Shown here: positions 9,908-16,614 of the stretch, in pieces
How positions within the stretch are numbered: the first letter of the stretch is position 1
Layout: each line of letters begins with the position of its first letter
IMG/VR virus record: IMGVR_UViG_3300031857_015429
Span: 51,160 to 71,159 of that record
DNA: 20,000 nt
Direction: 5' to 3' (one strand)
Source: an uncultured virus (IMG/VR IMGVR_UViG_3300031857_015429)
Lineage: Duplodnaviria; Heunggongvirae; Uroviricota; Caudoviricetes
The notes under the pieces: model-generated
The model's input: the letters and a program-made list of their open reading frames with translations, nothing else
Told to the model about the DNA's origin: nothing
Database searches by the model: none
Position numbers and translations under genes: made by a program

Positions 9908-11221
9908 ATGTCAACTGCTGGATTATTAGATAATACATTCCCCCAAGGGGTTAATTACGGTTTTGATAAAGACGTACATGACATTAAAATTCAAAGTGAT
10001 AGTAAAATACTTGTTTCTGGTGATTTTGAGCATTATGATTATGAAGGAACATTATATGTGTCCCCATATCTTTTAAGATTAAATTCGGATGGGACTTTTG
10101 ACCCTACTTTTGATATTACAGTTGGTAGTTCAGGTTTTAATGAGAGCGTAAGAACTATTCATATTCAGACTGATGGTAAAATATTAGTCGGTGGATTTTT
10201 TACTCAATTAACAAGAGATAGTATAACCTATAATGTTGGTCGTATTATTAGATTTAATTCTGATGGTACGGTTGATAATACTTTTAGTGGTGGTACAGGA
10301 TTTAATGATGAGGTCTATAAAATAGAAGTCCAAGATGATGGAAAAATAGTTGTTGGGGGTAAATTTACTCAATACGATGGTCAATCATATAATAGAATAA
10401 TAAGGTTATATTCTGATGGTACTATTGACCCCACATTTGTGATAGGTAATGGAATAGAGGATGGTGGACCTGCGGTTTACGTGTTAGATGTTTTAAAACA
10501 ACCTGATGGTAAATTAATCGCAGTAGGTCTTTTTGATACATATGATGGGAACTCATCACCAAATGTTGTTAGAATTTTAACAGGTGGCGGCTTTGATTCT
10601 TCTTTTAATGTTGGTACTGGTACAAACGCATTAGTAACCACAGTGGGTTTACAATCAACGGGTAAAATAATTCTTGGCGGTAATTTTACCGATTACAATG
10701 GTAATGATTTATCATTTGGTAAGTTAGTAAGAATAAATAGTGACGGGTCTTTTTCAAATTCATTTTCATTTGGGTTAGACTCACAAGTAAGTTCTTTAAT
10801 AATCCAATCAGATGATAAAATTATTGTAGGTGGTTCATTCACAAAATACTATACGTCCTTAGTTGATTTTATTACGGCAAATAAATTAATTAAGTTTTTA
10901 AGTAATACTTCATTAGACAATTCTTTTTATTTAAACCCTAATTATGATGATGTATTTTTAGCTTTCGCGTTAACACCTAACGATGGGTTTTTATTTTTAG
11001 GTGGTGATAGTAATTACCCACCATTTAATCATTTTGGTAAATTAATAAATGAAGCGTTAGTCCCTATAAGCGCCAATACCGAATATTTTATGTGTTTGGT
11101 ATGTTCAGGTGAAACAAGTTCTATTTCAGTCCCTCATGCAATATATAGTGATGGGAGTGGTAGAGATGTAATACAATTAAACACGGTCGCTTTAGGCGGT
11201 CCAAATGGATTATATAATTAA
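9908..11221 (+). CDS. delta-60 repeat beta-propeller protein (about 7 blades), putative virion surface/adhesion protein
   Basis: Repeats IQSDSKILVSGDF, IQTDGKILVGGFF, VQDDGKIVVGGKF, KQPDGKLIAVGLF, LQSTGKIILGGNF, IQSDDKIIVGGSF, each followed by an RLNSDGTxDxTF-like segment: the delta-60 (DUF5122-type) consensus. Confidence 0.85.
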   Translation: MSTAGLLDNTFPQGVNYGFDKDVHDIKIQSDSKILVSGDFEHYDYEGTLYVSPYLLRLNSDGTFDPTFDITVGSSGFNESVRTIHIQTDGKILVGGFFTQLTRDSITYNVGRIIRFNSDGTVDNTFSGGTGFNDEVYKIEVQDDGKIVVGGKFTQYDGQSYNRIIRLYSDGTIDPTFVIGNGIEDGGPAVYVLDVLKQPDGKLIAVGLFDTYDGNSSPNVVRILTGGGFDSSFNVGTGTNALVTTVGLQSTGKIILGGNFTDYNGNDLSFGKLVRINSDGSFSNSFSFGLDSQVSSLIIQSDDKIIVGGSFTKYYTSLVDFITANKLIKFLSNTSLDNSFYLNPNYDDVFLAFALTPNDGFLFLGGDSNYPPFNHFGKLINEALVPISANTEYFMCLVCSGETSSISVPHAIYSDGSGRDVIQLNTVALGGPNGLYN

Positions 11222-11223
11222 TT

Positions 11224-11763
11224 ATGAAAAAAGTTGTTAGATTAAACGAAAATGAATTAAGTTTTTTAATTAAAAGAGTAATTAAAGAACAAGAGAATAG
11301 TAGATATATGTTCTTTTCTAATTTAGAACAAATTAAAAGACAATGTGAAATTCTTTTAGACATGGACGAAGAAGAAATTAGTTCTATTTTAGAGAATGGT
11401 CACGATTGGGCTCAAGACCATATTGCTGAAGCCAAAAACAATATGGACCAAGTGTTTGATTTTTTAATGAATGAAACAAAAAGAGACAACTCTGAAATGG
11501 AGATGTATGAAGACGACAATACTCAAGAAGACGAGGCATTGGCGATTAGTATGACTAATCCTGATTTAGGTTTAGCAATGTCAGTTAATGAAATGGATGA
11601 AATAACTGAGAAAACTAAAAAAAACAAACCTACAAACCCTAAACTATGGCAACAATGTTTATCTTGGGCAAGGGCACGATATAAAGTTTGCCCAAGTGCT
11701 TATTGTAATGGGGCCGCCGCCAAACGATATAAGTCCAAGGGGGGTAAATGGAAAAGAGTTTAA
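11224..11763 (+). CDS. putative capsid-targeted protein: N-terminal leader, acidic middle and basic C-terminal PSAY domain
   Basis: Starts MKKVVRLNENELSFLIKRVIKE; ends KPTNPKLW...YKVCPSAYCNGAAAKRYKSKGGKWK. Confidence 0.65.
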   Translation: MKKVVRLNENELSFLIKRVIKEQENSRYMFFSNLEQIKRQCEILLDMDEEEISSILENGHDWAQDHIAEAKNNMDQVFDFLMNETKRDNSEMEMYEDDNTQEDEALAISMTNPDLGLAMSVNEMDEITEKTKKNKPTNPKLWQQCLSWARARYKVCPSAYCNGAAAKRYKSKGGKWKRV

Positions 11764-11772
11764 CAAATTTTT

Positions 11773-11800
11773 AAAAAGGAGATTAATTCTCCTTTTTTTT
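11773..11800 (+). terminator. Rho-independent terminator
   Basis: AAAAAGGAGA-TTAAT-TCTCCTTTTT hairpin running into T8, 9 nt after the stop at 11763. Confidence 0.8.
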
Positions 11801-11821
11801 ATTCTTTTATGTTTATCCATA

Positions 11822-11829
11822 TATTTATT
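11822..11829 (+). promoter_or_regulatory. TATTTATT, variant of putative late promoter
   Basis: One mismatch to TATTTATA, 3 nt upstream of ATG 11833. Confidence 0.45.
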
Positions 11830-11832
11830 GTT

Positions 11833-12318
11833 ATGGATAAACAATGTAGTAAATGTGGTGTTATAAAAAATATTAATGATTTTTACAAATCACAAAGAGG
11901 AACTAAATGTAGAGAATGTACTTTACAAATCGGAAGAGAATATAAAAAAAACAAACGTATGGTTCCTGAATTTAGGAAAAATGAAAGTAAAAAACAAAAA
12001 GAACGTAGAGTAAGGTTATGGCAAAATACTTTACTTAATGATTCTAATAAAAGAAATGTCATACGTGAAATTGATGTTGATTTTATAAATGAATTATATG
12101 AAAAACAGAATGGTTTATGTTATTGGTTTAAAATACCTTTAACACCTTCTACTGGTAAAAAACACCCTCAACAACCTTCCCTTGATAGGTTAGATAGAAA
12201 TAAAGGGTATACTAAAGATAATGTTGTTTTAACTTGCTATGCTGCCAATATTGGTAGAAATGAGAATGATGTGGAAACATGGTCTGAATTCCTAAACGTT
12301 TTATTTCAAAAAAAATAG
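11833..12318 (+). CDS. His-Me finger (HNH-like) endonuclease with N-terminal zinc-finger, probable free-standing homing endonuclease
   Basis: CSKC...FYK...CREC zinc finger; LYEKQNGLCYW...SLDRLDRNKGYTKDNVVLTCYAANIGRN nuclease motif. Start moved from 11809 to ATG 11833 (MDKQCSKC), after the terminator and promoter motif. Confidence 0.75.
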   Translation: MDKQCSKCGVIKNINDFYKSQRGTKCRECTLQIGREYKKNKRMVPEFRKNESKKQKERRVRLWQNTLLNDSNKRNVIREIDVDFINELYEKQNGLCYWFKIPLTPSTGKKHPQQPSLDRLDRNKGYTKDNVVLTCYAANIGRNENDVETWSEFLNVLFQKK

Positions 12319-12350
12319 TTTAATTTATACCCTATTTAAAAAAACATTCA

Positions 12351-12358
12351 TATATTTG
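12351..12358 (+). promoter_or_regulatory. possible Bacteroidota-type -7 promoter element (TAnnTTTG)
   Basis: TATATTTG 16 nt upstream of ATG 12375; no clean -33 TTTG seen. Confidence 0.3.
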
Positions 12359-12374
12359 TTTTAAATAGATTAAT

Positions 12375-12809
12375 ATGTTAGAACGATTACGAACTTTGAT
12401 TAAAAGACAATATGTTAAATATCTTATATGGGCAAGATATAGACATTTTAACAGCGCATTTGGTAAAGAAGTCCAAAAACTAAATTATAATGAACGAATT
12501 TGTAAATCAATTTGTCATAAATTGATTAATCAAGATGACTCTAAATTTTTGATTGCACCTATCTCAGGTAAACGTTATATAAAAAATACAAGATTAGGTT
12601 TATTTATTATTCTTGATGAAAGAAGGATTAGTATCACAAATCACGTATACCATTATGATGTAGTTCTAAACGAAAGAGATTGGGATAGAATTACAGGTAT
12701 GTATGATAATAAGACCGAAAAAATTAGACAGGAGTTTGAAGACGAGATGATTTCACAAATTAAAAGTTCACTAAGTAGTATTTTAGAAAAAGTTAGTAAA
12801 AAATATTAA
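12375..12809 (+). CDS. hypothetical protein
   Basis: 144-aa basic ORF whose stop overlaps the stop of the convergent gene (12806-12809). Confidence 0.65.
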   Translation: MLERLRTLIKRQYVKYLIWARYRHFNSAFGKEVQKLNYNERICKSICHKLINQDDSKFLIAPISGKRYIKNTRLGLFIILDERRISITNHVYHYDVVLNERDWDRITGMYDNKTEKIRQEFEDEMISQIKSSLSSILEKVSKKY

Positions 12810-13771
12810 CCTTTATTTTTAATAAACTCTAATAGATAGTTTTTAATTCTAACCTCAAAAGATTCGTTCTTAGAGGTTTTTTTTGGTTTGTACGATACCA
12901 TCTTAGGTTTGTTACCTGTCCCACTCTTAGAATGAGTTTTTTCAGCTTTTCTTTTTTGTTGACAAGCCGACCTTTTCTGAGCATCTGTCATTTTGGATGC
13001 AACACCCGCCGCTCTACATTTTGGGTAACCCTTGTCAGATGCTTCAGGTCTACCACAAGGGGGATGTCCCCCACCTTCTTTTTTACGACAAATATTCACC
13101 CAAGGTCCTTTTGGTTGTGAACTACCTTTTGGTTTTTTCTTTGTACCAAACCAAACCGCCAAATCTTCATTAATAGTATGTACATCATGAGTTGGATTAT
13201 TGTAGGTCCCATCAGAACTTTTTTCCCAAAAACCAACTTCTTTTTTAATATTATTCTTCATTGTTTTTTGTTTCTTTTTGTGATTGATATCACTATCAAC
13301 AAATTCAGTGAAGGGAGATAAAATATTTTCTTTCCATTTTTTTAACCCTAATTCTTGGGGTCCGTTATATTCACCTGAACTTGTTGATGTTACCTCAATG
13401 ATTATATCGTCAACATCAACCCACTCCTTAATAGGAACAATACCTAATTTATTTTTACCTTTAGGGTATTCATTAACAATATTACCTTCATCATCACTAA
13501 ATGTGGAATATGGGTGGTGTTTAATATAGTCTGTAATTTTTTTTGCGGTCTTCTCAAGTTTTTTTATTTGGTCTAACCTTTCATCCATTTTTCCATCATA
13601 ACTATCATATTGTAATAGTGGACTATCATAATCAGAAACTGAATCTGTAAACGGTGTTAACGTGTCTTTTTTAAAGGGTCGTAATCCAGGTTGTAAAGGC
13701 GCGATATATGAACCCCTACCACCAGTATTAGTTGAAGTTGCTTCGTTAATATAGATTTTATTATTTTTCAT
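12806..13771 (-). CDS. modular putative capsid-internal protein with two internal repeats and a basic Cys-containing C-terminal domain
   Basis: Start moved to ATG 13771 (MKNNKIYINEATS), 9 nt downstream of a TATTTATA motif. Repeats INEATST..GSYIAPLQPGLRPFKKDTLTPFT and IIEVTSTSSGEYNGPQELGLKKWKENILSPFT. C-terminal INEDLAVWFG...WVNICRK...HPPCGR...GYPKCR. Confidence 0.7.
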   Translation of the reverse strand: MKNNKIYINEATSTNTGGRGSYIAPLQPGLRPFKKDTLTPFTDSVSDYDSPLLQYDSYDGKMDERLDQIKKLEKTAKKITDYIKHHPYSTFSDDEGNIVNEYPKGKNKLGIVPIKEWVDVDDIIIEVTSTSSGEYNGPQELGLKKWKENILSPFTEFVDSDINHKKKQKTMKNNIKKEVGFWEKSSDGTYNNPTHDVHTINEDLAVWFGTKKKPKGSSQPKGPWVNICRKKEGGGHPPCGRPEASDKGYPKCRAAGVASKMTDAQKRSACQQKRKAEKTHSKSGTGNKPKMVSYKPKKTSKNESFEVRIKNYLLEFIKNKG

Positions 13772-13780
13772 TCTTATAAT

Positions 13781-13788
13781 TATAAATA
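13781..13788 (-). promoter_or_regulatory. TATTTATA motif, putative late promoter
   Basis: + strand TATAAATA, read as TATTTATA on the - strand, 9 nt upstream of ATG 13771; lies in a divergent intergenic gap. Confidence 0.55.
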
Positions 13789-13807
13789 TCAACACATTTT
13801 GGAATTT

Positions 13808-14059
13808 ATGGAACAACAAGATTTATACGGAAAATTATTTAACACGATACCACTATATAACGAAAGCCATTTGGATGCCATATTAGATTCCCTTGATAAA
13901 GACAACGCGACGACATTATTAATACAAGCGGTTAAAATGGCTTACCATCAAAATGTCTTTTCTCTCGGTGAATGTGAGGTGATATCAAAATCAATTAGGG
14001 TGTTAAATAGACCTGAAATTACTGAAGAAACTGAAGAGCAAAAAAAAGACGGAGAGTAA
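13808..14059 (+). CDS. hypothetical protein
   Basis: Small helical ORF, likely start ATG 13808 (track start 13799 is a TTG); ends inside a bidirectional terminator. Confidence 0.6.
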   Translation: MEQQDLYGKLFNTIPLYNESHLDAILDSLDKDNATTLLIQAVKMAYHQNVFSLGECEVISKSIRVLNRPEITEETEEQKKDGE

Positions 14060-14072
14060 GTCCGTCTTTCTT
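14040..14072. terminator. bidirectional Rho-independent terminator
   Basis: AAAGACGGA-GAGTAAG-TCCGTCTTT hairpin with an A8 run on the left and TTTCTT on the right, between convergent genes. Confidence 0.75.
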
Positions 14073-14075
14073 ATT

Positions 14076-14525
14076 TTAATTCGTTCTTCTAAACGGGTTT
14101 TGATTTATAATATTCTGTGCGTTTTGTTGGAATTGTTTTGCATAATCGGTTGTTGGTTTTTGTAATGGTTGAGTACTTGCATTAGGTTGTTGAGCACCTT
14201 GTAATGAAGTCAACGCTGTTTGAACTGCCGCCGCTGTTTTTGGTCCCCATTTACCATCAACAACTAATCCTGAATTAAATTTTTCATTTAATTTAGTTTG
14301 TAATGCCTCAACTTTTGGGTTTTTAACGCCTTTTTGGATTACCGTGGGTTGTACTGTCGCACCTGATGTCGCACCTGATGTCGCACCTGATGTCACTCCT
14401 GATGTTGTGGTACCTTGTTGTAAAGATGGGTCAATACCACCAGGTCCCGCCTCATTTATAAATTTTCTATGAAGATTTATAATTTGATTTTTCTCTTCTT
14501 CAGTTATAATTAATCTTTGTTTCAT
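14076..14525 (-). CDS. peptidoglycan-binding domain protein with N-terminal leader
   Basis: IQKGVKNPKVEALQTKLN...GLVVDGKWGPKTAAAVQ matches PG_binding_1 (L..G..G..V..LQ..L......DG.FG..T..AV). Leader MKQRLIITEEEKNQIINLHRKFINE; no catalytic domain seen. Confidence 0.8.
   Translation of the reverse strand: MKQRLIITEEEKNQIINLHRKFINEAGPGGIDPSLQQGTTTSGVTSGATSGATSGATVQPTVIQKGVKNPKVEALQTKLNEKFNSGLVVDGKWGPKTAAAVQTALTSLQGAQQPNASTQPLQKPTTDYAKQFQQNAQNIINQNPFRRTN
14355..14402. repeat. 12-bp tandem repeat encoding (TSGA)n linker
   Basis: TGTCGCACCTGA x3 (14355-14390) plus variant TGTCACTCCTGA. Confidence 0.9.
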
Positions 14526-14536
14526 AATATAATTTC

Positions 14537-15298
14537 TTATCCTAATTTAGCTAATATTGCGTCAATATCCGCATCGGTTAATTGTCCTGTTGGAGTTTGA
14601 ACCCCTAAAGATGTTTGTATTTGTGTATTTAAATTTGCAACATCTTGAGTGAATTGTGATGAACCTCCTCCTGAGCCTGAACCTCCTCCTGAGCCTGAAC
14701 CTCCTCCTGAGCCTGAACCTCCTCCTGAACCCGCATTGGCGTCTTTTACAGGGGGTTCTTGTTTTGGTGCTTTATATTGACAAACTTTAGTTAGTTGAGC
14801 CGTTAAATATCTTTCCTCATCATACCATCGTTGACTTTTGTCTTGGAATTGTACTGATGGTGTTTTTATATTCTTAACGTTAGTTAAACTAAATTTACCT
14901 GTTGCACAATTATACATAACACTTGCGGTCGCCTGACCATTTATTTTTCCTGTTAAAGTTTGTGGTAATTGGACTGTAGTTGCTTGAGTAATTAAATAAG
15001 GTTTACCTTGTTTATTAATTTTTTGAACAAATTTGGTTCCTTTAAAAAATTTTAATTCATTGTTAGATGTACCTCCTTTAGCATTTTCTAAAGAATAACT
15101 TGCAGAACTTACAGTCCATGATTGTAGAGGAGTTATTTTTTGTTTTGGTTGTGCGTTTGATTTACCATAATTAGGGTCAGATACGTTTCCACCTTCCTCA
15201 TTAATAATATTTAAATACTGATTTTTAGTTCTTTCCTCATGTAATGATAAAATCCTTTTTACTTCGTCAGATTCTATATCAAATAATTTTTTTTTCAT
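14537..15298 (-). CDS. protein with N-terminal leader, central beta domain, Gly-Ser linker and short helical C-terminal domain
   Basis: Leader MKKKLFDIESDEVKRILSLHEERTKNQYLNIINE; (GSGGGS)n linker; C-terminal QIQTSLGVQTPTGQLTDADIDAIL may be a degenerate PG-binding half-domain. Confidence 0.7.
   Translation of the reverse strand: MKKKLFDIESDEVKRILSLHEERTKNQYLNIINEEGGNVSDPNYGKSNAQPKQKITPLQSWTVSSASYSLENAKGGTSNNELKFFKGTKFVQKINKQGKPYLITQATTVQLPQTLTGKINGQATASVMYNCATGKFSLTNVKNIKTPSVQFQDKSQRWYDEERYLTAQLTKVCQYKAPKQEPPVKDANAGSGGGSGSGGGSGSGGGSGSGGGSSQFTQDVANLNTQIQTSLGVQTPTGQLTDADIDAILAKLG
14661..14728. repeat. 18-bp tandem repeat encoding GSGGGS linker
   Basis: GAACCTCCTCCTGAGCCT x3 perfect copies (14661-14714) plus a partial fourth. 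Confidence 0.9.
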
Positions 15299-15312
15299 AA
15301 AAAATGTTTATT

Positions 15313-15320
15313 TATAAATA
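15313..15320 (-). promoter_or_regulatory. TATTTATA motif, putative late promoter (within palindrome TATTTATAAATA 15309-15320)
   Basis: 14 nt upstream of ATG 15298 on the - strand. Confidence 0.55.
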
Positions 15321-15337
15321 TCTGAAAATAAGAAAAA

Positions 15338-15814
15338 TCACCCCTCCAATTTATGTTTTTGATACATAACTGACATAACGTGTATAATACTATGGAGATG
15401 ATATGAACATAAAATAATAATACCATAAATTTCAAGGTATAATAACCCTAATAAAAAACCAACTAATGGTGATAAAAGGTATAAATAAGCATAAAATTTA
15501 AATCGTTTACTTTTAAATAAAGGATAAAGACAAGATAAAAAAAACATAACGGCAACAACGTTATGTATCATTGGATATAATTTAACTGAGAAAGCGGTTA
15601 CCATCACTAATAAAAAAGATGAAAACCTCCAATTGTCTATTCCAAAAAAGAAATATGCTGTCATTACATTCGCAACAATAAATAATGGTTGTAATGAAGT
15701 ATTCCAATATTGTGATAATGATAAAAGTTCACCCTCAACTGACAATAACACAAAAGGATATAGTAATGATATTAATATAACTATAATTTTTAGTATGTGT
15801 TGGGTGTAATTCAT
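15338..15814 (-). CDS. multi-pass membrane protein
   Basis: About 5-6 hydrophobic segments; SLSQYW and AF...IHNVVAVMFF loosely recall DUF998/Frag1-like proteins. Confidence 0.65.
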   Translation of the reverse strand: MNYTQHILKIIVILISLLYPFVLLSVEGELLSLSQYWNTSLQPLFIVANVMTAYFFFGIDNWRFSSFLLVMVTAFSVKLYPMIHNVVAVMFFLSCLYPLFKSKRFKFYAYLYLLSPLVGFLLGLLYLEIYGIIILCSYHLHSIIHVMSVMYQKHKLEG

Positions 15815-15828
15815 AAAGAGGATTTTAT

Positions 15829-16515
15829 TTATAAATAGTCTAATTTATTTGACTTGCGAATATTTTCATCACCCCACAATGGTTGCAAATTGTTTAATGA
15901 CCAACATTCTATAAACTCATTGTCACCAATCTCTTGGATGTTGAATGATGAAATCGGTTTTATATGGTCAACATGCCATTCACCATAATTGTCCCAAGAC
16001 ATTCTTTCATCAAATTGTTTTTCCAAATGTACAATTAAATCTTCGGGTGAGTATTTTAGAATATCAAAATAATGACCGTTTTTTTTAACATTGTTTTCCT
16101 TTAAAACCTGATAAATTGCGGTTCTGAAATTGTTGATTAGTTTATAAATGGGGTCGTTCGCTTTACGGGTTTTTTCGTAATTACGTTTTATTTCACGAAT
16201 TTTTTCTTTATTTTTTTCACGGTATTCTTTTATATATTCGTTCCATTTATCTTTGTTATCTTCATACCATTGTTTATGATATGATAATCTTTTTTCTTTA
16301 TTTTTATTATAATGTCTTTTATCTGAAGCACTTTTACCACCTTTATATTTTCTTCCAGATGGACCAATATTAACTTTATTTTCTTTAAGTACTCTTAAAA
16401 CTATGTGTTTTTTAATATTTAATTTTTCAGAAATAGATGGACTACCTAAATATTCTTCGTTGTAAAGTCTTAAAATTTCTTTTTCTATAATTCCATCAAT
16501 AATTATTTTTTTCAT
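15829..16515 (-). CDS. HNH homing endonuclease with N-terminal HTH and basic helical linker
   Basis: MSWDNYGEWHVDHIKPISSF...CWSLNNLQPLWGDENIRKSNK HNH motif; N-terminal HTH-like GSPSISEKLNIKKHIVLRVLKE. Confidence 0.85.
   Translation of the reverse strand: MKKIIIDGIIEKEILRLYNEEYLGSPSISEKLNIKKHIVLRVLKENKVNIGPSGRKYKGGKSASDKRHYNKNKEKRLSYHKQWYEDNKDKWNEYIKEYREKNKEKIREIKRNYEKTRKANDPIYKLINNFRTAIYQVLKENNVKKNGHYFDILKYSPEDLIVHLEKQFDERMSWDNYGEWHVDHIKPISSFNIQEIGDNEFIECWSLNNLQPLWGDENIRKSNKLDYL
15830..15837 (-). promoter_or_regulatory. TATTTATA motif, putative late promoter (within palindrome TATTTATAAATA 15826-15837)
   Basis: 15 nt upstream of ATG 15814; overlaps the last codons and stop of the HNH gene. 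Confidence 0.5.
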
Positions 16516-16525
16516 ATATTATATA

Positions 16526-16533
16526 TATAAACA
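16526..16533 (-). promoter_or_regulatory. TGTTTATA, variant of putative late promoter
   Basis: One mismatch to TATTTATA, 10 nt upstream of ATG 16515 and downstream of the capsid terminator. Confidence 0.4.
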
Positions 16534-16559
16534 TATTAACGATTATATCAATATCAAGT

Positions 16560-16592
16560 AAAAAAAAAGGTCAGATTAACTCTGACCTTTTT
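16560..16592 (-). terminator. Rho-independent terminator after major capsid gene
   Basis: AAAAAGGTCAGA-TTAAC-TCTGACCTTTTT hairpin; T9 tract on the - strand. Confidence 0.85.
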
Positions 16593-16614
16593 CATATTTT
16601 ATTTAAGATTTTGA

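Noticed and set aside
9751..11221. Shared C-terminal repeat as a diversity-generating retroelement TR/VR pair
   Set aside because: Differences are not adenine-specific (e.g. ACT/ACC, AGC/TCA), both copies are coding, and there is no reverse transcriptase in the window.
13772..13819. Track's extended N-terminus of the 12806 gene (and 11809-11832 for the endonuclease)
   Set aside because: The extensions run through the promoter motif, and 13772-13819 also overlaps the divergent gene; the downstream ATGs give more coherent starts.
14355..14728. Short direct repeats as a CRISPR array
   Set aside because: Units are 12 and 18 bp, head-to-tail with no spacers, and in frame within ORFs encoding linkers.
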